A DNA stretch of 64,000 bases. Origin: a bacterium. GTDB taxonomy: Bacteria; Fidelibacterota; Fidelibacteria; Fidelibacterales; Fidelibacteraceae. Both the position numbers and the translations under genes were made by a program. This document shows, one piece after another, positions 20,488-30,824 of this stretch. The notes under the pieces were generated by a model, which had not been told where the DNA came from, ran no database searches, and worked only from the letters and a program-made list of their open reading frames with translations. Every line of letters starts with the position of its first letter. The stretch's first letter is position 1. The DNA lies in NCBI GenBank assembly GCA_963676395.1, contig OY781066.1, positions 2,016,001 through 2,080,000 on the forward strand. The letters run 5' to 3'.

Positions 20488-21194
20488 TCGTCCTGCATGA
20501 GTATGTTAATTCGTCTTTTACTGGTATTAATGGTACGTCCGGGGGGCACTATTTGTCCCTGTTCCATGTATATACGCCTGTATTGAGTGTCCTTGATCAA
20601 ATCGTAGTCATGGGTAGCCATGATAATGGATGTACCGTTACGATTGATCCTTTCTAGAAGAGATAAAACATTTTTAGAAGCTTCTCTATCTAAATTTCCT
20701 GTGGGCTCATCTGCAATTAGTACAAAAGGATCTTTGACCATGGCTCTGGCGATGGCAACCCGTTGTTTTTCACCTAAACTTAACGTTGATGCCAGTTGAT
20801 CGGCTGCATGTAATAGGTTTACTTCATCCAATAGACCATATACTAATTTATTAATTTGAGATTTTTTATAAGATTCAATGATAAGCGGAAGTGCTACATT
20901 ATCAAATACATTCATGTTCTCAATTAAGCGGAAGTCTTGAAAAACAACTCCTATATGTCTGCGAAGAAAATTTATTTGTCGTGGAGTAATGTGTGACGAT
21001 ATCCAGCGATCTACAGAAACGATACCTCTATTGGGAAGCATTTCCATATAAATAAGTCGTAATAGTGAAGATTTGCCCGACCCCGTAGGTCCTAATAAAA
21101 GGGTAAAATCACCGTCGTGCAATTGAAGGTTGATATCCTTCAAGGCACCCGAGACCTGATTGTAATCTAATGTAACTTGTTTAAATTGGATCAT
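20484..21194 (-). CDS. ftsE: Cell division ATP-binding protein FtsE
   Basis: GPTGSGKS, GVVFQDFRL, ADEPTGNLD, MATHD. Confidence 0.9.
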   Translation of the reverse strand: MIQFKQVTLDYNQVSGALKDINLQLHDGDFTLLLGPTGSGKSSLLRLIYMEMLPNRGIVSVDRWISSHITPRQINFLRRHIGVVFQDFRLIENMNVFDNVALPLIIESYKKSQINKLVYGLLDEVNLLHAADQLASTLSLGEKQRVAIARAMVKDPFVLIADEPTGNLDREASKNVLSLLERINRNGTSIIMATHDYDLIKDTQYRRIYMEQGQIVPPGRTINTSKRRINILMQDE

Positions 21195-21916
21195 CGCATT
21201 ATGACCAGCAGTCTGTTTGACATTTCATCAGCTTCGTCGAAGCTGAATTCTTCAAGAAATATAAAACTTCTGGATGGGAATTCCACGGAGAATTTTTCGA
21301 TTTCTTTAAAGTCAAAGATATGCTGAATATGCCGCTCATGATATGAGTGGCCGTCGGGATGAAAAATATATAGATCCGTATAAGAACGGCTGTTTTCAAT
21401 ATCATAGGTATTATGGCGCTTAAATGATATTCCGGCATCATTGGTATCTTCATAACCGGTATCATTAAAGTACTCTTTCATCACTCCGGGAAGTGCAAAA
21501 TCAAAGATATACGTTTGTCCTGCTTTCATGTGCTTATCCATGAAAATAATATGATCTCGAATCGCATTAAAATCTGAAATGTAATTTAATGCATCATGAA
21601 TATTAATATACAGTGATACATCTTTCATTGGCGGATGTAGCATGTTTCCAACTTGTAAATTTAGCTCAGGAAAGTTTTCTTTAGCTTGTTGGATCATTTG
21701 CTTTGAAATATCTATACCATATTTCTCTGCGGCAGGGAAAAGATGCAAAAAAGTTCCCGTTCCGCAAGATAGGTCATAGATCTTTTCAGTATCAAAATCA
21801 AATTCATCTGCAAGATCTAAAATATATTCGCACCAGCCGGGATAGTCGACTTCTTCCATTAAGCGGTCGTAGATCAACGAAGATTCTGTATAGGGAGGAA
21901 CGGCTTGATATTTCAT
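21191..21916 (-). CDS. Class I SAM-dependent methyltransferase
   Basis: YD.LM..VDY..W N-terminus, DLSCGTG motif I, GIDIS..M. Confidence 0.85.
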   Translation of the reverse strand: MKYQAVPPYTESSLIYDRLMEEVDYPGWCEYILDLADEFDFDTEKIYDLSCGTGTFLHLFPAAEKYGIDISKQMIQQAKENFPELNLQVGNMLHPPMKDVSLYINIHDALNYISDFNAIRDHIIFMDKHMKAGQTYIFDFALPGVMKEYFNDTGYEDTNDAGISFKRHNTYDIENSRSYTDLYIFHPDGHSYHERHIQHIFDFKEIEKFSVEFPSRSFIFLEEFSFDEADEMSNRLLVIMR

Positions 21917-21917
21917 T

Positions 21918-22853
21918 TTAACGCAAGGTGTATGATAGGATAATAAAAAGAATGTATATTAGCAAGAATAGGGCTGCATGTCGGCGCTTGATACCTTTAC
22001 TGATAAATATGATAGGGAAGAGGGCGAGGGAAAAAAAGATCATAAAGGGAACTTCAAACCTGAATATTGAAACATCGATATCCAGTCCACGAACTGTTGC
22101 CGCACCTCCACCAACAAAGAACATATTAAACAGATTTGAACCAATGACATTACCGATGGAAATATCGGATTCTTGTTTGACTACGGCCATTACCGAGGCG
22201 GCTAATTCCGGAAGTGATGTACCTAAAGCTACAATGGTCATGCCAATCACCATTTCGGGTACTCCGAAATGTTCTGCGATCACGGTTGCACCTTCAATGA
22301 TCGCGCGGGAAGCAAGAATCAGTCCAACAATTCCACCAAGAGTGTATAGAATATTACGTACAATAGAATTGTCTGTTTTTGGCATTTCTTCGGGGATATC
22401 ATCATCTTTAGAAGAGCGTATAAGGTATACAACATAAATAACAATGATAAGTATGAACAACCATCCTTCCCATTGTGCGATACCGTTATATGCCATTAAG
22501 CAGAATACAAAGGAGCCGACAAGTAAAAAGAGTAACTGTTGGCGTATATGACCGTATTTGATGGCAATAGGTGCAATCAATCCGGAAACACCCAGAATAA
22601 GGCCGATATTAGCAACATTGGAGCCAATAATATTTCCAACGGATATATCGGAGACTCCTTTTAATACACCAAACATCGAAACCATGAATTCCGGCATGGA
22701 CGTACCGAAGGCAACAATTGTTAAACCAACAATTAGAGGTTTAACACCTAGGATTCTTGCAATATTGGCAGAACCTTTTACAAGAAATGTTGCACCAAAA
22801 TAAAGAAGAAGGACACCGGCAAAAAGAACGAATATACTGAGTGTGATCGACAT
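21918..22853 (-). CDS. Ca2+/Na+ antiporter (YrbG/CaCA family)
   Basis: Two alpha repeats, GTSMPE...GNIIGSN and GTSLPE...GNVIGSN. Confidence 0.93.
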   Translation of the reverse strand: MSITLSIFVLFAGVLLLYFGATFLVKGSANIARILGVKPLIVGLTIVAFGTSMPEFMVSMFGVLKGVSDISVGNIIGSNVANIGLILGVSGLIAPIAIKYGHIRQQLLFLLVGSFVFCLMAYNGIAQWEGWLFILIIVIYVVYLIRSSKDDDIPEEMPKTDNSIVRNILYTLGGIVGLILASRAIIEGATVIAEHFGVPEMVIGMTIVALGTSLPELAASVMAVVKQESDISIGNVIGSNLFNMFFVGGGAATVRGLDIDVSIFRFEVPFMIFFSLALFPIIFISKGIKRRHAALFLLIYILFIILSYTLR

Positions 22854-22856
22854 ATT

Positions 22857-23444
22857 TTACCTATATAACTTATTCGCGAGAATATAGTCTTTTATTTTTT
22901 GGGGAACAAGCTCATCAATGTTCTTCTCTTCGGAAATTGCTTTTCGAATATCCGTCGAAGACACGTCAATTATATCTTCCTTGATAAAATGGATCTGTTT
23001 TCTAAATGGATGACTTTGTAGCATCCCGGCATTAATTTTCCCACTACGAGGAAGAACAATAAAATCACAATATTTAAAATGATCAGGATAACCCTTCCAC
23101 TGATGCAAATTATTGATATGATCATCACCTATGATCCAGTACAAATTATTATTGGGAAATTTGAGCTTGAAATAATGAAGCGTTTCTTCGGTATAAGAAA
23201 ATCCTTCTCGTTCGATCTCTACGAGTGAAACTTTTGCTCCGGGTATATCTTCACAGGCAATATTTAGCATTTTTATACGATGTTCATTCGAAGAATGGCG
23301 TGTTTTTCCTTTAAAAGGAGAATAAAAGGTGGGAATAAAGAACAAAGATTCCGCTAAGAATCTTTGTTTGATCTTTTTTGCAAAATTAATGTGTCCGGAA
23401 TGTACGGGGTCAAAGGATCCCCCATATAGACAAATATTATTCAT
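22857..23444 (-). CDS. nadD: Nicotinate-nucleotide adenylyltransferase
   Basis: GGSFDPVHSGH, SYT, WIIGDD and VSSTDIR motifs. Confidence 0.93.
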   Translation of the reverse strand: MNNICLYGGSFDPVHSGHINFAKKIKQRFLAESLFFIPTFYSPFKGKTRHSSNEHRIKMLNIACEDIPGAKVSLVEIEREGFSYTEETLHYFKLKFPNNNLYWIIGDDHINNLHQWKGYPDHFKYCDFIVLPRSGKINAGMLQSHPFRKQIHFIKEDIIDVSSTDIRKAISEEKNIDELVPQKIKDYILANKLYR

Positions 23445-24217
23445 TCAGGCCATTCCAATGACATTTTCATTAGGTTATTAAAGATTAATAGTTTTGTTGC
23501 GCTAAGTTCATCTTTGTCAACTTTAGATAGTGCCGCAATCATTTCTTCACGATTCAGTAATTTAGAATTACATGTTGCGATATCAAGATAGGTTTCATTG
23601 ATAATATTGGTATCATAATAAGAATCCAAAATTTCCTGAAAAGTAACAATCGCTGCGTTCCATTCTCTTAGAACCATATACAAGTTTCCGGCTTCATAGA
23701 TTTTCTTGGCTAAACCTGTACGAAGGTCTTTAATACGTGTTTCAGCCAGCTCTCGTCTTTCACTGAATGGATATTCATCTATGAAATCCTGATAGGCAAG
23801 AATGGCTTTATCTATAGATGACTGATCGCGTTGATATCCCGGACTGTTATTAAAATAACATTCGGCAATGTTAAAGCGAGTTTCTTCGTAAAGATCACTT
23901 TCAGGCCAGCGACGAAGTAAGGATTGGAATTCATCAATAGCTACGATGTATTCTTTCATTTTGAAATGTGATGAAGCAAGATAGAATTGTGCATCATCGC
24001 CAATATCTGAACCGGGAGCGTTAAAGACCACAAAATTGAAGTCTTCAAGACTTTGGTAGTACTTTTTATTTTCAAAAGCTGTAACACCGTCTTCGAATCG
24101 TTCTAAATAAGTTTTTTCTCTGGGAGCTTCTCCTTTGTTTGCTCCCTCTTTAGAAGAAGAACAACTTGATAGCAGTACCAGAAGTGTGAGTGAAAGTGTA
24201 ATAATGTTTCGTTTCAT
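23441..24217 (-). CDS. bamD: Outer membrane protein assembly lipoprotein BamD
   Basis: LSSC lipobox, TPRs, SPGYQRDQS..KA...Q.FIDEYP.S (FCB-type BamD signature). Confidence 0.85.
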   Translation of the reverse strand: MKRNIITLSLTLLVLLSSCSSSKEGANKGEAPREKTYLERFEDGVTAFENKKYYQSLEDFNFVVFNAPGSDIGDDAQFYLASSHFKMKEYIVAIDEFQSLLRRWPESDLYEETRFNIAECYFNNSPGYQRDQSSIDKAILAYQDFIDEYPFSERRELAETRIKDLRTGLAKKIYEAGNLYMVLREWNAAIVTFQEILDSYYDTNIINETYLDIATCNSKLLNREEMIAALSKVDKDELSATKLLIFNNLMKMSLEWPE

Positions 24218-24228
24218 AATATCCCAAT

Positions 24229-25017
24229 TTAAAATGTCACATTGACCCCTGTTTGTATACCGGCGCTTCCGTTTGGCCGGATGATGGGGATCGCCTCTAA
24301 TGTAAGCAAAATATCTTGATTTCCATTGTCTTTCTTTAGTCGGAAACCAGCATCAATTGCAGATATGAAATGATTTAAAAAGATGGCTGTTCCGCAATAT
24401 GTACTTATTTCCAATAATTTGTTGGCTGCTCGTCTCATGGCGGCATATTCATACTGAAGTTCGGAGTAGCGAGCATAAATACCGTGATCCGGATCACTCA
24501 GGGACTCTTCTCCGGCTACCCAATCATCCCAACCTTGCATAAACTGTTGATATTTTCCGATATTTTCGTAAAAGTGATAATCCTTTCCTATGCTAAGGCT
24601 GGCGTAACCATCATTGATATCAGCTATCATTTGTGTATATTCAGCCGGCACTTGCGGCGAGTATGAGCGCCAATCTACATATACTGTTGAAGTATGTGTG
24701 GTGGGATGGATATTTGGATCATAAACCGCCAACCAATTTTCTACATGCCAGTTTTCATCGGCAAATAATTCATAGTCGATGACCCCTTGGTCGCCGACTT
24801 GTCTGAAGTAGATTGTACCAGCGATAGCGGCAGCTTCAAGTCCAAGATACAAGGCTCCCATCCAAGGTTTTTCGGCATATATTTGTCCGGCTCCGGGAAG
24901 TAAAGCGGATAAAGCAATACCCAAAGGAATAGATTTTGAATTAGATTCGATCTTTTCGGGGATTTGAGCCTGAAGGGCAAAACAAAGAATTAGCAAAAGT
25001 GTTAAGAATTTCTTCAT
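24229..25017 (-). CDS. Exported hypothetical protein (DUF5683-like N-terminus)
   Basis: Signal peptide, SALLPGAGQIY motif, FYENIGKYQQF, terminal GVNVTF strand. Confidence 0.6.
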   Translation of the reverse strand: MKKFLTLLLILCFALQAQIPEKIESNSKSIPLGIALSALLPGAGQIYAEKPWMGALYLGLEAAAIAGTIYFRQVGDQGVIDYELFADENWHVENWLAVYDPNIHPTTHTSTVYVDWRSYSPQVPAEYTQMIADINDGYASLSIGKDYHFYENIGKYQQFMQGWDDWVAGEESLSDPDHGIYARYSELQYEYAAMRRAANKLLEISTYCGTAIFLNHFISAIDAGFRLKKDNGNQDILLTLEAIPIIRPNGSAGIQTGVNVTF

Positions 25018-25025
25018 AGTTTACC

Positions 25026-27992
25026 TTAAAAATCAAAGAGGACCGTCCAGTAGAACCTGAAATTATGTCCAATTGTTTTGGTTATATCAAATTCATCATA
25101 TTGTATCATATCCATGGCATAAACAAGATCAAAACTTAAGGCTAATGGGAAACCATACCATGAATGACCGGCAATCCTTGCCTGGATACCTATATCTTGT
25201 TTCCAGTCGGGTGCCGAAAGTCCCCAAGTCCACGCATCCCCAATTTGATGATAGATACCAAAATATAAGCTTTCGAGTGAGAAAGGTTCAAAATTGATAC
25301 CCAGACGTTTTGAAATTGGGAATCTTAGTGTGGAGGTTAAAATGGCTTTGTGTGTTCCTTCAATCGTGTAGTAGGGGTAACCTTTTAAACCCGGTAATCC
25401 ACCTGCAAAGTAGTTAAAGAAAGAATCAACTTTGGTATTGGTCATTAAGCCGATATTAAGATTAAATGAAAGTGCGGAATGCTTGGTCCCGGGAATGGGA
25501 ATGAAGTAATCGGCATCAAGGTCAAATCGAGGCGTGTAATGCTTGTTGTAGACTTCCAACACCGTACCATAATCTTCAGAAACTCTAAAGCCATCAATAA
25601 ATTTGTTGAAGTCATAGGCCATGACAAAGTTATTAATTCTTAAACCTTTTGTGGGTGATATATTACTTTGCCAATGTGGGCGAGTAAAATCACTATGATA
25701 GCGAAATTCAAGACGTTGGCCGGTATAATAAGTACCCGGAGCAAATTTGATCAATTCATTGGTGCTTGTAAGAGTCCCATTTACTCGAGAAGTATATTGA
25801 CCATGAGTTCCTGTTATTTCAAAGTAATGTCTGTTTCGCCAAGTATAATTTATTCCAATTTGAACTTCTGATAAAGAAAATTTAATATCCTGTTTCATTT
25901 CTTCATAATCATTATACAGCACCGTATCATTTCTATTGAGACCAACCGCCATAACATCCAGGTATATCGTGGGCAAGAATTGGTTAAATTCAAGATGTGC
26001 CTGCAGGTCGTAATCACCACGGTAGTTTATATCGCCCAGCGCGAACAGACTTAATTTGTTTAATATCTCGTTTTGGAAAAGAATGATACCTCCTTTTAAG
26101 GCATCATAATCATATTGTAAAAAGGGGACAAAAAAGAGTTTTGAAAACTGATTTGTGTAGGGTATGGCTTCGCTAAGATCTTTTTCAGTGGCACTTTCTT
26201 GCATGAATGAGGGTAAGATATAATCTTTATAAATTGATGCTTCCCGAGAGATATTTGTAATTGTATCGATCTTATTTAGAGCAAATTTACCTGCTTTAAA
26301 TTGGGTGTAAGTTAATGAACCGTCTTTGGGATCGATAGCCGGGTACATAGCGGCACCGGTAATATTGGTGTGCAATTGTATATCAGTATTATCATTGATG
26401 CTTACGCTGTAAATATTAAATATTCCGGTTTTATCCGATGAATAATAAAGGGTGTTGCCATCGGGGCTTAGGTATGGACTGCGATTGTCATGCATGACAT
26501 CATAGACAAAGGGACTGATCTTAGCATTCGAAAGATCCAGTTGATAGATATCGCGTCCATGATTGAAAGCCATATCAAAATAGATATGTTTGCCCTCTTT
26601 ATCCGTTTGCATGATAAAGATCTGTTCACCATGAGAGAAATTTGTAAGATTGCTCATCAATGAATCGACAGCATTGTACTTGTATATATTATGAGTACCA
26701 TCATCTACTCGTATGATGTATAAATTTCCCTTAGTATCGCTTGCTACAGAATATACACGAGCATCATTGGTGAGTTTTTTTAATTTTTTATTCTCAAAAT
26801 CATAGGCCATCAGGTCAAACCAGGTGGAGCCATAGATATCAGATTTCTGACGCTGAGCAAAGAAGACCGTATCACCATCCGGTGACCATGCAACATTACC
26901 ACGGACACGGTTTTTTGAAATCAATTTTGTTTTTTCATTCTCCATAGTATAAAGGAAATTGAATGAAAGGTAATCAAATCCCTGACTTGATTGAAATACC
27001 ATTCTTTCGCCATTAGGTGAATAAGAAGCTAAAAAATTCCCCGGACCTTTATCATAAAGGGTTACCCCTTCGACGAGATTGTCCTTGATAGTGGCTGTTT
27101 TGTTTAAATAATCGGCTTTTAAATGGACAATGAAGTCTGCATATAGTTCTTTTCCTTGAATGCCTGTAACTTCTTTTAGTACCTTATTAAAGGTTATATT
27201 TATTTTATTACTGGCTGCTTGTGCAATCTTGTCATGAATGGATGGTCCATATAATTCAGCCAAATATCTGGCAAAGGCATAGCCGGTATTATATACCACT
27301 TCATTACCTATACCGGTATGACCGAAATGTCCGATATCACTCCAAGAAAGGATACGATCGTTTAAAATGTTTTCACGCAGGATCATATCACGTTGAGAAT
27401 CCCAGGTATCGTGTCCGGCTTTTTCATATTGATACTGAGCCACACCTTCTGCCCACCACATGGGAATAATGGAATTTGCAATAGGTAATGAACCAATACC
27501 TTTTGGGTATTCAAGAATAATGTTTTCTTTAATGGGTTTTTCTCTATCAAGATATTGGACATACAGCATAGGTATGCTCATAGGCAATTTCATCGAAGCA
27601 CCTAAAGATACAATATGCGAGAACTCGTGAGTAAGTACGTTCCACATCCATTGATGGTTGCCACGTAACTCAAATTCTAAAGGAGAAGCCCAAATTAGGA
27701 TCTTATTATCAAAGTAATAAGCACCGCCATTTGCATAATCATCCGTATCCTGAATGACAATTTGAGTTTTTTCTTTGGGTTCCCAGCCGTAAAGTCCGGT
27801 CACATGCGGATAAACCGATTCAGCCACCAACATTGCCTGTTGTACAGACCATTCGGTACCGGAATGATAATGATAAATAAAGTGTTCACTTTCCAGCGTT
27901 TTCCACTCAAGTTCCGGATGGTTTTGTGCGAACAAGGCTCCTGAAAGTGTCAGCAGTGTAAGAAGAATTAATGTGTGTATTCGTTTTAGCAT
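25026..27992 (-). CDS. Gluzincin (peptidase MA-like) + TolB/PD40 beta-propeller + Omp85-type beta-barrel protein
   Basis: HEFSH...WWAEGVAQY; repeated SPNG/SPDG propeller motifs; GGLPGLKGY (Omp85 L6-like); C-terminal FYWTVLFDF beta-signal. Confidence 0.75.
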   Translation of the reverse strand: MLKRIHTLILLTLLTLSGALFAQNHPELEWKTLESEHFIYHYHSGTEWSVQQAMLVAESVYPHVTGLYGWEPKEKTQIVIQDTDDYANGGAYYFDNKILIWASPLEFELRGNHQWMWNVLTHEFSHIVSLGASMKLPMSIPMLYVQYLDREKPIKENIILEYPKGIGSLPIANSIIPMWWAEGVAQYQYEKAGHDTWDSQRDMILRENILNDRILSWSDIGHFGHTGIGNEVVYNTGYAFARYLAELYGPSIHDKIAQAASNKINITFNKVLKEVTGIQGKELYADFIVHLKADYLNKTATIKDNLVEGVTLYDKGPGNFLASYSPNGERMVFQSSQGFDYLSFNFLYTMENEKTKLISKNRVRGNVAWSPDGDTVFFAQRQKSDIYGSTWFDLMAYDFENKKLKKLTNDARVYSVASDTKGNLYIIRVDDGTHNIYKYNAVDSLMSNLTNFSHGEQIFIMQTDKEGKHIYFDMAFNHGRDIYQLDLSNAKISPFVYDVMHDNRSPYLSPDGNTLYYSSDKTGIFNIYSVSINDNTDIQLHTNITGAAMYPAIDPKDGSLTYTQFKAGKFALNKIDTITNISREASIYKDYILPSFMQESATEKDLSEAIPYTNQFSKLFFVPFLQYDYDALKGGIILFQNEILNKLSLFALGDINYRGDYDLQAHLEFNQFLPTIYLDVMAVGLNRNDTVLYNDYEEMKQDIKFSLSEVQIGINYTWRNRHYFEITGTHGQYTSRVNGTLTSTNELIKFAPGTYYTGQRLEFRYHSDFTRPHWQSNISPTKGLRINNFVMAYDFNKFIDGFRVSEDYGTVLEVYNKHYTPRFDLDADYFIPIPGTKHSALSFNLNIGLMTNTKVDSFFNYFAGGLPGLKGYPYYTIEGTHKAILTSTLRFPISKRLGINFEPFSLESLYFGIYHQIGDAWTWGLSAPDWKQDIGIQARIAGHSWYGFPLALSFDLVYAMDMIQYDEFDITKTIGHNFRFYWTVLFDF

Positions 27993-27993
27993 A

Positions 27994-30804
27994 TTATTTC
28001 AAAATTGCGGGTTTAACATAGTAGATTTCTTCACGGTCCTCGCCCGAAAAGGTGATCTTGGCGATATATACACCTGAAGTATTGTCATCAATAAACCATG
28101 GAATATCATTCCATTGTTGATCACTGACGCTTCGTTGTATGGAATGTACAGGGATACCACTGAGAGTAAAGATATCAATTTTTACATCACTGGCGCCTGT
28201 AGCAAAGAAACGAAAATTCGTTTTTAACCCTTTGATAGGGTTTGGATAATTATAAATGAGTCCATTATTGATCAAGAGGTCTGACTGAACGCTTTCAATG
28301 GCTTTAATTGAATTGATATTATTTGTGTGATGAGCATCCATACCTTTATAACCCCAGTAGATGGAGTCAGATTCTAAAGAATACACGGATCCGTCCAATA
28401 CGCAATAAGCACTGTCATCGGTCACTTGTTCAAGAAAAAGTGTCGTGGCTTTAACGGGAGCAGTAAAGCTTAGGATTTTTTCTGCTTTTTCATTGAAAAT
28501 ATCTATAAGACCTTTGGGGTCGTAAGCTACAAAGCGTTTGGAATCGTTTACTTCATAAACTCTGAGTTTGCTGTAGTTGCCAACGATGGGAAAGTTGTTT
28601 AACATGGCTCCGGCATCATTAAATGCAAGCAAGGCATTATTATTTTCTGCTTCCCACAGTGCTACAATATCAAATTCATTATTATTATCTAAATGGATCG
28701 GAACGAGTGATGTGATTCTGGTATTTTCTAAAGGATAAAAATATCTTTGTTGAACACTATCAGGAATGGTGTTTCGTCTCAATACATAACCATCGGCAAA
28801 GTATTTTTTATTGTTACCGATAACCAATTCCGTACAGCGATCAAAGGAAATATCATTATCGATCACATAGGGTACTACGCGTAAACTGGCAGCACCAATA
28901 TCTGTTAAATTCCAAGCTAATATATCTAATTTATAGATGTTTTTATTCGTTGGATAAGGATCTCCCTCTTTGTAAGTATACGGAATTCTGGGAGGTAGAA
29001 AAAGCGTATTGGCTGCCAAAGTTATGCGTTCCAAATCTACCGGATTGGGCAGAGAAATTGTATTTTCTTCTTGCAATGAAGAAGCTAAATATGATAATTG
29101 GCTAACGACTGCATTGCTATCGGTATTCGTGACCAATAAAATATCATTATTGTAACTTATTAATGCAGTATTGCCTTTTTTTAATTTGGTGTCGCTTTGG
29201 AATATCTCTCTAAGTTCACCGTTGTTAAACAAAACGATAGATGAGTCGGAATAACCCAATAACAACTTATCTTCGGTAATATCTGCGGGCAGGGAACTTG
29301 TCATTTCATCGAACACAATATTCGGTAATAGAAAATCAGCGTATGCATCAATAACTAACTCAATAACCAATGAATCACCTTGAAAATTGAAATCATTGAT
29401 AGCAATACCTGTATTTATATTCTCAAATGATCGTGTATTTGGATGGGTATTGTTATTCCAACGTATTTTGTATTGTGAAGGATTGTTAAGTCTAAATGCC
29501 TCGTTATTTTTAAACCAGGTATCCCATTTCCATCCATTATTCACTGAGGAATTCAAAGCACCATAGAATTTTCCGATATCAGAACCACCGTCAGCTTCGA
29601 CAAGGTCTATAAAAGGAGATGCCCAATCATTGGGGTTTTCTACACCCAATTCACTTTCATTGACATGCCAAATTAGTAGTCCCGAATGAGGAAGTCCAAT
29701 ATCCAGATCCGAATAATCTGTTAACACGCCATTTGTCAGTGTGTAGTCTACAAGATTGAGTGAATCCATAACATGCAGAAGCTCAAGCCAATTTGTGATC
29801 GTAGAATCGTTCCACATGATGGAATCGGCCCACATGCCGGTATTTTCACGATATTCAATGAGGAAATATTCGTTCGAAGAAATGGGAATACGATAGATGT
29901 CATCTTGTTTGAGTGTGTAGTTGCCGCTGGTACTTGCGGTGATAATTTGTGAAGCACCTAAAAGATAACGTTCAAAAGCAGAAGGTTTGATGGGACATAA
30001 ACCGCTGCCGGTATTAGAACCCTGATCCATTAAACCGTAAACACCTGCTCCCGAGCGTCCCAACTCAATATCATATAGAGTTGGTAAACCCAATAGCATG
30101 CCGGTTAATAGAACTTCGGTCCCGTTTAGGGCAATGCTAATACCCATTTGGTTTTGTGATTCCGGTAATACGATACCTTGTCGACAGTTAAGTGCCATTA
30201 AACGATCATATTTTTCTGAAGGAAGAAATTCTTCCAAGTAGCTTTCGTCAAAATAGAATGACGGTATATCAAAAGGGGAATTATCCAGAGAGATTTTAAA
30301 ATCCTGACCTGCGCCTGCATGGTAAATAATAATGGCATCCTGATCAGATCGATACTGTCCGGATTCATTTGCAAGCATAACGCTTTCGTAAATAAGGCGA
30401 GCTAAACGAGTGTCCAAACTATCCGGTGTTGAATAATAACGCATGGGTTGAGACAGGGTAAATGAAGAATCAGCTAAAGGTAGTTGATAACTGTCGTCTG
30501 CATTGATCCTGACATTACCATTGGAGGCTTTATTCCAGTAATTATCCAAGAATTCCAAATGAGCTGAAAAATATGCACGATCATGGGGAAGGGGATCCAA
30601 CGCGTAATAATCTGTATCGTGTTCCGTCCACTCTGTCAGCATGAATTTACCGTTTCCGGTAGTGTATAGGGTATTATCTTCTTGAAACTCAACGCGGATA
30701 GATAAAAAGTCACGGGTTCCGGCAGATATTGTCTCTGAATATAATTCAGCTTCCAAAGTGAGGAAGCTGAATAGTATCAAGACGAAAAGAGCGAGTTTTT
30801 TCAT
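27994..30804 (-). CDS. T9SS type-A CTD cargo with a degenerate M6 (immune inhibitor A-like) metalloprotease domain
   Basis: Signal peptide; IIYHAGAGQD, LGLPTLYD, GLMDQGS, EYFLIEYR and SGLLIWHV M6 motifs; C-terminal YNYPNP...SGVYIAKI...K CTD. Confidence 0.75.
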   Translation of the reverse strand: MKKLALFVLILFSFLTLEAELYSETISAGTRDFLSIRVEFQEDNTLYTTGNGKFMLTEWTEHDTDYYALDPLPHDRAYFSAHLEFLDNYWNKASNGNVRINADDSYQLPLADSSFTLSQPMRYYSTPDSLDTRLARLIYESVMLANESGQYRSDQDAIIIYHAGAGQDFKISLDNSPFDIPSFYFDESYLEEFLPSEKYDRLMALNCRQGIVLPESQNQMGISIALNGTEVLLTGMLLGLPTLYDIELGRSGAGVYGLMDQGSNTGSGLCPIKPSAFERYLLGASQIITASTSGNYTLKQDDIYRIPISSNEYFLIEYRENTGMWADSIMWNDSTITNWLELLHVMDSLNLVDYTLTNGVLTDYSDLDIGLPHSGLLIWHVNESELGVENPNDWASPFIDLVEADGGSDIGKFYGALNSSVNNGWKWDTWFKNNEAFRLNNPSQYKIRWNNNTHPNTRSFENINTGIAINDFNFQGDSLVIELVIDAYADFLLPNIVFDEMTSSLPADITEDKLLLGYSDSSIVLFNNGELREIFQSDTKLKKGNTALISYNNDILLVTNTDSNAVVSQLSYLASSLQEENTISLPNPVDLERITLAANTLFLPPRIPYTYKEGDPYPTNKNIYKLDILAWNLTDIGAASLRVVPYVIDNDISFDRCTELVIGNNKKYFADGYVLRRNTIPDSVQQRYFYPLENTRITSLVPIHLDNNNEFDIVALWEAENNNALLAFNDAGAMLNNFPIVGNYSKLRVYEVNDSKRFVAYDPKGLIDIFNEKAEKILSFTAPVKATTLFLEQVTDDSAYCVLDGSVYSLESDSIYWGYKGMDAHHTNNINSIKAIESVQSDLLINNGLIYNYPNPIKGLKTNFRFFATGASDVKIDIFTLSGIPVHSIQRSVSDQQWNDIPWFIDDNTSGVYIAKITFSGEDREEIYYVKPAILK

Positions 30805-30824
30805 GGATCTTTCCGTTATGTATT

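Noticed and set aside
21928..22803. Antisense ORFs of 169 and 81 aa opposite the Ca/Na antiporter
   Set aside because: Shadow frames of a hydrophobic gene; no RBS or motifs.
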